Below, in pieces: positions 56,112 to 64,000 of a stretch of 64,000 nt of DNA. The stretch is from positions 4,571 to 68,570 of the forward strand of contig JALSQF010000011.1 in assembly GCA_026985555.1 (NCBI GenBank), read 5' to 3'. Origin of the DNA: Candidatus Moraniibacteriota bacterium (GTDB lineage: Bacteria; Patescibacteriota; Minisyncoccia; Moranbacterales; UBA9337). The notes under the pieces are model-generated. The model was not told the origin of the DNA, did no database searches, and saw nothing but the letters and a program-made list of their open reading frames with translations. The translations under genes were made by a program, and so were the position numbers. Numbering within the stretch: position 1 is the first letter of the stretch; each line of letters starts with the position of its first letter.

Positions 56112-56555
56112 ATGAAATTATATAATATAAAACTTGCAGAAAGATTTTTATGGGGAACTATTTTAGGTATTATTTTTGGTTTATTTTGTTTTGTTAGTTT
56201 TTCTTCTCAACCAAATATGCCCGCAGATTTATCCCAGTGGCAAAAGTGGTCCTGGAATAATGTTTGGATGTGGAGAACGATTTTTAATAGAATGATTTTA
56301 GGATTAGTAGTAGCTATAGCTGGATTAATAACAAGATGTCCAATTTTTGGCATTAAAATTCCTATTTGGTTACGAGGAATAAAAGTAGGTTTTATTATTT
56401 CTTTACCAATGGCTATGAGTTCTTTACAAAATTCAAATATGGAAATAGCTTGGAATGGATTTTGGATAGTGCTTATTTTGGGAAGTGTTATTGGAGCGCT
56501 AATTGATATAATTATTACCAGGTTTACAGGTGAAGGAAAAATTTTATTGAAATAA
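56112..56555 (+). CDS. polytopic membrane protein
   Basis: 147 aa, 4 predicted TM helices. Confidence 0.5.
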   Translation: MKLYNIKLAERFLWGTILGIIFGLFCFVSFSSQPNMPADLSQWQKWSWNNVWMWRTIFNRMILGLVVAIAGLITRCPIFGIKIPIWLRGIKVGFIISLPMAMSSLQNSNMEIAWNGFWIVLILGSVIGALIDIIITRFTGEGKILLK

Positions 56556-56589
56556 TCTAATTTAAAAAAGTATATAAAAAACTAAAACT

Positions 56590-57054
56590 ATGAATAAGGT
56601 TACGGAAATTATTAAAAACTTAATTAATTTAATTGGAGTGACAGTTGGAATTGTTATTATGTCCATAGGAGCTATTATGCTAATATCTTCCTTTTTGAAA
56701 GTGTATGTTTTTCATATTGAATATAATGGCTATGATGATTTTTCTTATAAGTGCGAACAGTTTGATGTAGATTTTATAGAAGCGAATAGATTAAGGGGTA
56801 ATAATTTTGGTTCTAAGCCAGCAATAATGAATTCAGAGAATGAAAAACAGGTTGCAAAATTAACTGAAGCAGAAAGAGAAAAATTAAGAAAGAAATATAA
56901 GGAATGTAAAAAAGAAGCTCAACAAGAAGCTCATAAAAAATTTTTAGTTCAAGAAAAAATACACTTAGCTACGGGGATAGCTTTTGTGGTAGTGGGAATT
57001 CCTTTACTAATTTACTATCAAAAAAGAAGTCGGAAAGAAAAAAAGAAAGAATAA
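56590..57054 (+). CDS. bitopic membrane protein with central coiled-coil
   Basis: 154 aa; TM near each end, charged helical middle (KLTEAEREKLRKKYKECKKEAQQEAHKK). Confidence 0.5.
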   Translation: MNKVTEIIKNLINLIGVTVGIVIMSIGAIMLISSFLKVYVFHIEYNGYDDFSYKCEQFDVDFIEANRLRGNNFGSKPAIMNSENEKQVAKLTEAEREKLRKKYKECKKEAQQEAHKKFLVQEKIHLATGIAFVVVGIPLLIYYQKRSRKEKKKE

Positions 57055-57060
57055 AATATT

Positions 57061-60000
57061 ATGCCATCCTTAAAAAAAAATCAAAAAAAAGAAATTGAAA
57101 AAAATTTTAATCAAATTTATCAAAGATTAAATCAAAAGCAAAAAGAAGCGGTGGATACCATTGAAGGTCCAGTAATGGTGGTAGCTGGTCCCGGAACAGG
57201 AAAAACACAAATTTTGACTTTACGCATTGCTAATATTTTACGCCGGGCTGGAGCGGGGATAGAACCAGAAAATATTTTAGCTTTAACTTTTACCAATACA
57301 GGTGTTTTTGCAATGCGAGAACGGTTAGCGGAATTTGTGGGCGTGGAACAGGCCTATGAGGTTAATATTTTCACTTTTCATTCTTTTGCTGAATATCAAA
57401 TTAAACATAATCCAGAAATTTTTTCTCAATTTTTATTTGCGCGTCCTATTACTGAAATTGAAAGAATTCAAATTGTAGAAAAAATTTTAGAAGAAAAAGA
57501 TTTTCAAAAATTAAAAAATTTTTCTGGCTATTTTGAATTTTATGCACTAAGTATTTTAGGGGCTATTAACGATTTAAAATCCGAGGCAATTTCTCCAGAA
57601 AAATTTGAGAAAAGCTTAGCAGGTATTAAACAAAGAATTTTAGCAGAAGAAGGAGAAAATGCCTATTTGAAAAGAAAGTCTGGTAACCGACAGAAGGGTG
57701 ATTTAAAAAAAGCAGTAGAAGATAAAATAAAAAATCAAATTGAAAAGCAAACAGAATTATTGAAAATATATCGTCTTTATCAAGAAATATTAAGGAAACG
57801 TCGGTTATATGATTTTTCAGATATGATTTTAGCGGTAGTAGAGGAAGCCGAAAAAAATAAAGACTATTTATCTTTATTGCAAGAACAATATCAGTATATT
57901 TTAGTAGATGAACATCAAGATACTAATGCGGCTCAAAATAAAATAATTGAATTAATTGCAGAAGCTCCAGTCAATGAAGGTCGGCCAAATATTTTTACTG
58001 TGGGAGATGAAAAACAAGCTATTTATGCTTTTCAAGGCGCCAGTTTGGAAAATTTTTTAAAATTTCAAAAAAAATATCGGGATGTAAAAATAATTAATTT
58101 AGAAGATAATTATCGTTCTAGTCAGTATATTCTAAATTCAGCCCATTCAATTTTAGCGGGGGAAAAAGCTCTTAAAGCTAGCAATCAAAAAGTAGCTAAT
58201 TTAAAACATAAAATAGGTGTCGCTCAATTTGATAATTATAAGGAAGAGTTAATTTGGTTAGCTGAAGATATTCAAAAACAAATTAAACAAGGAGTAGCAT
58301 CTAAAAATATAGCTATAATTTATCGTCAAAATAAAAATTTATCCGAGATAAAAAATATTTTAGATAAATTTGGTATAGCCTATCAAATTTTTTCCAAAGA
58401 AAATGTTTTAGATAATAAGGAAATAAAAAAACTTATTTTATTTTTACAAGCGGTAGAAGATCCATATAATGACGAAGTATTATCTAAATTATTGTTTGTA
58501 AATTTTTTAAAATTAGATGTTTTTGATATTTTAAAAATCCTACGTTTAATGGATTATCGGAGAGGAAAAATTAAAAATAAATCCATTTTAAAAATTATTT
58601 CATCTCCCGATCTTTTGGAAAAAATAGAAGTAAGGCGACCGATTGAATTTATGGGATTAGCTACCAGAATAGAAAAATTCAAAGAGCAATCAAAAGAAAA
58701 AGAATTTTTAGAATTTTTTGAAGAATTTTTAAGAGAGTCGGGTTTTCTAAAATATATTTTTAGTTTGAAAAATTCAGCTGTTATTTTGCAGAGAATAGAA
58801 AAAATTTTTGATGAAGTTAAAAAACAAACTTTAAATAAAAAAAACTATACTTTAAAAGATTTTTTAAATTATATTGAGATTTTAGAAAAATATAATATTT
58901 CTTTAGATTTAATTCCGAATATGGCAGAGGATGGGGTGCGTTTAATGACAGCGCATCGTTCTAAGGGCTTGGAATTTGAACAGGTTTATATTACAAATTT
59001 TGTTGATGGTATTTGGCCTAGTAAACAACAGGGAGATAGTTTTAAGTTGCCCATCAAAAAAAACGCAGGGAGTATTGAAGATGAGAAAAGATTGTTTTAT
59101 GTGGCTTTAACTAGAGGTCAACATCGGGTAACTTTAACTTTTTCTAAGTTTGATATGGAAGGTCGGGAAAGAAAGGAATCTAGATTTTTAAGTGAAATAG
59201 ATGAGCAATATAAGAAAAAAATGAAATTAAAAAAAGAAAGTTTAGAAGATAAAGCGCAAAAATATTTTCAATCAAGAAAAAAACAAACTTTATCAGTTTT
59301 TGATTTGAAGTATATCCAAGAACAATTCTTAAAAAATCATCTATCAGTATCAGCTTTAAATAACTATATGCAATCGCCCTTAAAATACTTTTTTCGTAAC
59401 TTACTGCGTTTACCGAGTATGCCTGGAAAGTCAATGATTTTTGGAAATATTATTCATAAAGCTTTAGAAGATTTCTTTATAGCGGCAAAGAAAGAGAAAA
59501 AGGTTTTGGCAGAAAAGGAACTGCTTAAATATTTTTACAAGTCTTTAGATAGTGCTGTATTCTTAGAAAAATATTATAATGAGTTTAAAAAACGAGGTGA
59601 GCAAATATTAAAAGATTATTATCAAAATTATTATCAGGATTTTTCTATAGATCTGGAAACAGAAAAAAAAGTTAGTTCTGCTCTAACTTTACGAAATGGT
59701 CAACTTTTGAGATTGTATGGAATCGTGGATAAAATTGAAAAGTTAGGGCCAAATAAGATTAGGGTAATAGATTATAAAACTGGCAAGACTTATTCTGAAA
59801 AAAACAAAGAAGAAAAAGAAAATCTTAATCGGCAGTTAGTTTTTTATAAATTTCTTTTAGAAAAATATTATGCAGGAAGAGGAAAACCAGAAATCAAAGT
59901 AGAAGAATGTGTTTTAGATTTTGTGGAGCGAAACAGAAAAACAGGCAAATATGAAAAGAAAATTATGCATATTTCTCAAACAGATGTGCGAAACTTAAAA

Positions 60001-60114
60001 AAAGATATTTTGGATTTCGCTGATGATATTTTAAGTGGAAAATTTCTTCAAAAGAAGTATGAACTTAATCATCATACAAAAGATTTTTTTGATTTTTGGG
60101 AATTAAGGAATTAG
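57061..60114 (+). CDS. UvrD/PcrA-type SF1 helicase fused to a C-terminal RecB-family PD-(D/E)xK nuclease (AddA/AdnB-like)
   Basis: 1017 aa; UvrD motifs QKEAVDTIEGPVMVVAGPGTGKTQ, ILVDEHQDTN, ...RSKGLEFEQVYI; C-terminal nuclease motifs GIVDKIEK and RVIDYKTGK. Confidence 0.85.
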   Translation: MPSLKKNQKKEIEKNFNQIYQRLNQKQKEAVDTIEGPVMVVAGPGTGKTQILTLRIANILRRAGAGIEPENILALTFTNTGVFAMRERLAEFVGVEQAYEVNIFTFHSFAEYQIKHNPEIFSQFLFARPITEIERIQIVEKILEEKDFQKLKNFSGYFEFYALSILGAINDLKSEAISPEKFEKSLAGIKQRILAEEGENAYLKRKSGNRQKGDLKKAVEDKIKNQIEKQTELLKIYRLYQEILRKRRLYDFSDMILAVVEEAEKNKDYLSLLQEQYQYILVDEHQDTNAAQNKIIELIAEAPVNEGRPNIFTVGDEKQAIYAFQGASLENFLKFQKKYRDVKIINLEDNYRSSQYILNSAHSILAGEKALKASNQKVANLKHKIGVAQFDNYKEELIWLAEDIQKQIKQGVASKNIAIIYRQNKNLSEIKNILDKFGIAYQIFSKENVLDNKEIKKLILFLQAVEDPYNDEVLSKLLFVNFLKLDVFDILKILRLMDYRRGKIKNKSILKIISSPDLLEKIEVRRPIEFMGLATRIEKFKEQSKEKEFLEFFEEFLRESGFLKYIFSLKNSAVILQRIEKIFDEVKKQTLNKKNYTLKDFLNYIEILEKYNISLDLIPNMAEDGVRLMTAHRSKGLEFEQVYITNFVDGIWPSKQQGDSFKLPIKKNAGSIEDEKRLFYVALTRGQHRVTLTFSKFDMEGRERKESRFLSEIDEQYKKKMKLKKESLEDKAQKYFQSRKKQTLSVFDLKYIQEQFLKNHLSVSALNNYMQSPLKYFFRNLLRLPSMPGKSMIFGNIIHKALEDFFIAAKKEKKVLAEKELLKYFYKSLDSAVFLEKYYNEFKKRGEQILKDYYQNYYQDFSIDLETEKKVSSALTLRNGQLLRLYGIVDKIEKLGPNKIRVIDYKTGKTYSEKNKEEKENLNRQLVFYKFLLEKYYAGRGKPEIKVEECVLDFVERNRKTGKYEKKIMHISQTDVRNLKKDILDFADDILSGKFLQKKYELNHHTKDFFDFWELRN

Positions 60115-60328
60115 AAAAAATAAAATACATTTTTTCCATTGGTATGGTTAGATTTTTTAGATTTTTTGAATATTTTTTAATTTTCAGTAGATATAGTTTA
60201 CTTTAATCAAAATAAAATAACTTGTATTTTAAGAAGGAGAACTTTTAAAGTTTATTTTGCAGAAAATCAGAGATGGAGTTTTAAGCCTAAGTTAAAATTT
60301 AAGTGATTTTATTTATAAAATTAAAGTA

Positions 60329-60357
60329 TTGACGCAGAATATATATTTATTTATAAT
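60329..60357 (+). promoter_or_regulatory. sigma70-type promoter (TTGACG-17-TATAAT)
   Basis: -35 TTGACG 60329-60334, 17-nt spacer, perfect TATAAT 60352-60357, about 30 nt upstream of 60389 ORF. Confidence 0.5.
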
Positions 60358-60388
60358 ACCAATTGTGTTTAAAAATTGTTTTTAAATT

Positions 60389-60949
60389 ATGGAAAAAAAG
60401 AGAATTGTTATTGGTTTAGTGGGGGCTACTGGTTCAGGAAAAGATACCGTAGCAGAATATTTAAAAGAAAAATATAAGGTTAAATTAATGCGGTTTGCTG
60501 ATCCATTAAAAGAAACTTTAGCTATTTATTTTGATAAATTTTCTAAGGAGGATCAACAATGGTTAGCGGTAGAATTTCGCAATCGCTTTGGAGATGATAT
60601 TTTATCTAGAGCCTTAAGAAAGAGAATTGATGATGGAAATGGAATATTGGTGATTAACGGAATTCGTTTTTGGGAAGATTTTCATTTTATTAAATCCTAT
60701 ACTAATAGTTATATAATTTATATTGATGTTCCTCAACGTTTGCGATGGAAAAGAACAATTAAGAGAAAAGAAAAAACAGATGACAAAGTTAGTTTTGAGA
60801 AATTTAAACAAATTGATCAAGCTGAAACAGAAAGATATGTTCCAGATATAGGAGCTAAAGCTGATTTTACCATAAAAAATGATAAAGATTTAGATAATCT
60901 TTTAAGAGAAACTGATAAAGTGATGGAAAAAATAGTAGGAAAGAAATAA
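60389..60949 (+). CDS. P-loop nucleotide kinase, dNMP-kinase-like
   Basis: 186 aa; IGLVGATGSGKDTVAEYL...FADPLKETLAIYF resembles phage T4-type deoxynucleotide monophosphate kinase N-terminus. Confidence 0.5.
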   Translation: MEKKRIVIGLVGATGSGKDTVAEYLKEKYKVKLMRFADPLKETLAIYFDKFSKEDQQWLAVEFRNRFGDDILSRALRKRIDDGNGILVINGIRFWEDFHFIKSYTNSYIIYIDVPQRLRWKRTIKRKEKTDDKVSFEKFKQIDQAETERYVPDIGAKADFTIKNDKDLDNLLRETDKVMEKIVGKK

Positions 60950-61034
60950 TTTATAGAGTATAAAATAGAAATGTAAAAACATTGACTAAAGTATAAATTA
61001 TTATTAGACTATAAATTAAATAATTATCAGAAAA

Positions 61035-61247
61035 ATGACTATTTGGGATATTTTAGAAATAATAATTTCTATATTATTAACTATAACTATTTTATTGCAG
61101 AATAAAGGTTCAGGTTTAGGAGTGGGATTTGGTGGTTCTTCAGGAGCTTATTATACTAAACGTGGAGCAGAAAAATTTTTATTTAATCTTTCTATAGTAT
61201 TAGCAGTATTTTATATATTGTTAGCTATATTTTTAGCAGTTCGCTAA
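61035..61247 (+). CDS. secG: preprotein translocase subunit SecG
   Basis: 70 aa, two TM helices with LLQNKGSGLGVGFGGSSG loop typical of SecG. Confidence 0.8.
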   Translation: MTIWDILEIIISILLTITILLQNKGSGLGVGFGGSSGAYYTKRGAEKFLFNLSIVLAVFYILLAIFLAVR

Positions 61248-61366
61248 AAGAAATAAAAATTAACTTTAAAAATATTAGTAAATTAACTTTATTTAAATTA
61301 TTAAAACCTAAGAATTGGAAATATATCAATCAAACGCTTACCTTAAAAGAAAAGATAATTTTTAGT

Positions 61367-62968
61367 ATGCTTTTTTTGATTGTAATTATTTCTTTAGTGC
61401 TTTGGAGTGGTGTATTATTTTTGAAATATACTTATTCTGTTCCTAATTATGGAGGCAGTTATACTGAAGGAATTATTGGTCAGCCATTGTATGTTAATCC
61501 AGTTTTATCAGAATCAAATGAAGTAGATGGAGCGTTGGTGAAATTAATTTATAGCAGTTTGTTTGATTATGATATTTATGGTAAAATAAAACTATCTTTA
61601 GCTGATAGATATGATATATCAGAGGATAAAAAGATATATACGGTTTATTTAAAAAAAGGAATACATTGGCATGACGGAAAAGAACTTACTGCCAAAGATG
61701 TGGTTTACACTGTTAAAATAATTCAGGATCCAGCTTATAAAAGTCCTTTACGTCAAAGTTGGCAAGGAGTTAAAGTGGAAAAAGTAGATGATTATACAAT
61801 TAAATTTATTTTAAATAAACCTTATTTTAATTTTTTAAATAATCTAACGGTAGGAATATTACCTCAACATATTTGGGAAGATGTTCCAGTAGAAAAGTTT
61901 TCTTTAGTTAAATACAATCTGGAGCCCATAGGAAGCGGACCTTATAAATTTAAAAATATTCAGAAAGATGCAGATGGAAATATATTAACTTATTATTTAG
62001 AAGCTTTTGATAATTATTTTGATTTTCCTGCTTATATTACAGATTTACAATTTAATTTTTATCCAGATCAGAATTCTTTAATAGAGGCTTACAAGAAAAA
62101 AGAAGTGCAAGGGATGGGTAACATATTGCCAGAAAAAATAGATGATTTAAAAAAATCTAATTTTACTAAAGTTTATCAAATAAGTATTCCTCACTATTTC
62201 ACAGTTTTTTTTAATCAGAGTAAAAGTGTGCCCTTATCCTATCAGGAAGTAAGAAAAGCTTTAAATTTATCTGTTAATCGAGAAGAAATAATTGATAAAG
62301 TTTTATATAAACAAGGCCGTTCTATTTGTCAACTAAGTATTAATGACGAAAAACAAGAATGTTCTTTTGATATTAAGAAAGCTAATGAAATTTTGGATAA
62401 AGAAGGATGGAAAAGGGGAAGTGATGGATACAGGGCTAAAGATAATCAAGTATTGGAATTTGAGTTAGTAACTTTTGATTGGCCAGAATTAAATCAAATT
62501 AGTAAAATTTTAGAAGAACAATGGAAGAAAATAGGAGCTAAAGTTAAAGTTAAAATTGTAAGTGTAACTGATTTACAGCAAAATTATATTCGTCCGCGTA
62601 ATTATAAAGCTTTATTATTTGGACAAGCAACGACTTTTAGTCCAGATTATTATCCCTATTGGTATTCTGCTTTCCGTAAAGATCCTGGTTTAAATTTTGC
62701 TTTATTTAAAGATGAAGAGGCTGATAAAATTTTAGAAAAAACACGTGAAGAAAATAATACGGAAAAAAGAAATAAAGAATATGTAAAATTGCGTGAAATA
62801 ATTAAAGAAAAAAATCCAGTTGTTTTTTTGTATAGTCCTTATTATCTATATGTGATTAATTCCAAAGTAAAAGGTGTAGATTTAAAAAAAATTAATGCTT
62901 TGTCTTATCGTTTTGCTAATGTTAACCATTGGTATATAAAAACTAAAAGAATTTTAAAATTGCATTAA
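61367..62968 (+). CDS. ABC transporter substrate-binding protein (family 5, oligopeptide/nickel type), membrane-anchored
   Basis: 533 aa; N-terminal TM anchor, SBP_bac_5-like organisation. Confidence 0.7.
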   Translation: MLFLIVIISLVLWSGVLFLKYTYSVPNYGGSYTEGIIGQPLYVNPVLSESNEVDGALVKLIYSSLFDYDIYGKIKLSLADRYDISEDKKIYTVYLKKGIHWHDGKELTAKDVVYTVKIIQDPAYKSPLRQSWQGVKVEKVDDYTIKFILNKPYFNFLNNLTVGILPQHIWEDVPVEKFSLVKYNLEPIGSGPYKFKNIQKDADGNILTYYLEAFDNYFDFPAYITDLQFNFYPDQNSLIEAYKKKEVQGMGNILPEKIDDLKKSNFTKVYQISIPHYFTVFFNQSKSVPLSYQEVRKALNLSVNREEIIDKVLYKQGRSICQLSINDEKQECSFDIKKANEILDKEGWKRGSDGYRAKDNQVLEFELVTFDWPELNQISKILEEQWKKIGAKVKVKIVSVTDLQQNYIRPRNYKALLFGQATTFSPDYYPYWYSAFRKDPGLNFALFKDEEADKILEKTREENNTEKRNKEYVKLREIIKEKNPVVFLYSPYYLYVINSKVKGVDLKKINALSYRFANVNHWYIKTKRILKLH

Positions 62969-63170
62969 AATTTTTTATAAAACTTAGTTGTCTATAATCT
63001 ATTTTTTATAATCCTAAACAATAAAAATAAGCTATAAAATTATAATTGATTTTTTTATTTAATATTTTCTTATAAAAAATAATAATAAAACTTATTAAAG
63101 ATTAATTAATTTAGTGTAAAAAGTATAATATTGATACTATAAATATACTAAATTTAGTTATCTAAAAAAT

Positions 63171-64000
63171 ATGAACACAATTAAAAAAATTAAAAAAAAG
63201 AAAGATAAATCTTTTCAAAACAATTTATCAAAAAAGAAAAAGACAAAAAAAAAGTTGCCAAAACGTTCTCGTAAAAAAGCCATAGATAATTCTTTAAAAA
63301 CAAGTTCCTTTGTCTTTCAGCAACCAGTTAGTGAAGGAAAAGTAAGAAAAATAGAAAAGGGAAAATTGAGAATTATTCCCTTAGGTGGACAGGAAGAGGT
63401 AGGAAGAAATATGACTGTTTTTGAATATGAAGACGATATTGTGATTGTAGATATGGGTATGCAATTTCCAGAAGAAGATATGTTAGGAATTGATTACATT
63501 GTTCCTAATATTAATTATTTAAAAGGAAAGGAAAAAAATATTAGAGGTGTTATATTTACACATGGGCATTTAGATCATATTGGTGCAGCGCCAATACTTT
63601 TAGAGCAGTTAGGTTATCCTCCTATAATTGGAAGAGATTTAACCCTAGCTTTAGTAAAAAGAAAACTTGAAGATTATGAGCCAGATTCTTCTCATAGGGT
63701 TAAGACTATTACCGTTAAATCTATTAATGATCGCATTCGTTTAGGTAATTTTCAGTTAAAATTTTTTGAAGTAGAACATTCCATTATGGATTCTATGGGA
63801 GTAGTTTTATTTACTCCAGTGGTAACAGCTATTCATATGGGAGATTGGACCTTGGACGTAGGTTCATCTTCCGAAGGGAAGTTATCTTATGAGTTTCTTT
63901 CTCGTTTACCTCAACCCACAGTCTTAATGATGGAGAGTTTAGGAGCAACCAGTAAACGTTCTTTGGTTACAGAAGAAGAAATGTGGAAAAACTTAAAAAC
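63171..64000 (+). CDS. rnj: ribonuclease J (partial, 3' end outside window)
   Basis: ATG at 63171 opens a frame to the window end; K-rich N-terminal tail then beta-lactamase/beta-CASP start LRIIPLGGQEEVGRNMTVFEY...VIFTHGHLDHIGAAP (HxHxDH). Confidence 0.8.
   Translation, partial: MNTIKKIKKKKDKSFQNNLSKKKKTKKKLPKRSRKKAIDNSLKTSSFVFQQPVSEGKVRKIEKGKLRIIPLGGQEEVGRNMTVFEYEDDIVIVDMGMQFPEEDMLGIDYIVPNINYLKGKEKNIRGVIFTHGHLDHIGAAPILLEQLGYPPIIGRDLTLALVKRKLEDYEPDSSHRVKTITVKSINDRIRLGNFQLKFFEVEHSIMDSMGVVLFTPVVTAIHMGDWTLDVGSSSEGKLSYEFLSRLPQPTVLMMESLGATSKRSLVTEEEMWKNLK

Overview
The window is AT-rich (about 30% GC by eye) and densely packed with genes, with mostly short intergenic spacers. Gene content is that of a reduced bacterial genome, possibly a CPR/Patescibacteria-like organism, though that placement is inference. 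Housekeeping genes make up most of the window. They include valS, tsaD, proS, an MscS channel, gap, murD, gyrA, rpsO, a short SMC, secG, RNase J, and a rearranged ribosomal-protein/rpoA/secY operon (infA-rpmJ-rpsK-rpsM-rpsD-rpoA-rplQ-rplM-rpsI-secY) with N-terminally extended S11 and S9. The ORF track misses several RNA genes. These are an RNase P RNA (11317-11650) behind a consensus TTGACA-17-TATAAT promoter, and a six-tRNA cluster (Lys, Gln, Leu, Met, Ala on the minus strand, Ser on the plus strand) with two small protein genes embedded in it. Other unannotated elements are a 37-aa rpmJ, a CorA fragment at the 5' edge and a partial rnj at the 3' edge. Accessory content falls into five groups. 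The first is an envelope/exopolysaccharide group: a UbiA-family prenyltransferase fusion, a polyprenyl glycosylphosphotransferase, a Wzz-like gene, a GT4 gene, a 1037-aa tandem double-GT2 processive synthase and a translationally coupled GHL-like gene. The second is a pair of secreted proteins, one with TSP3-type Ca-binding repeats. The third is a cluster of four N-terminally anchored surface proteins, one with an exact 84-bp tandem duplication and one a Cys-rich protein with a tail-fibre-like motif. The fourth, and the most interesting region, is a probable horizontally acquired defence island directly downstream of the tRNA cluster (about 46.4-55.1 kb). It encodes a 1336-aa single-polypeptide protein with an N-terminal T5orf172/GIY-YIG-like domain, an SF2 DEAH helicase, a gamma-class N6-adenine methyltransferase (motif I followed by NPPY) and a C-terminal putative TRD. 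This is a Type ISP-like architecture with an unusual nuclease module. The island also holds a gene split at an A8 homopolymer (slippery A_AAA_AAA), a second T5orf172-DUF4357-like gene, a canonical Fic gene preceded by operator-like repeats, and several unknowns. The fifth is a family of near-identical long perfect palindromes (TTCTGGCTATTTAAAT-N4-ATTTAAATAGCCAGAA) at four intergenic loci. There is also an odd small basic ORF carrying three strong SD-like motifs, one of them a perfect 15-nt complement of the 16S 3' end.
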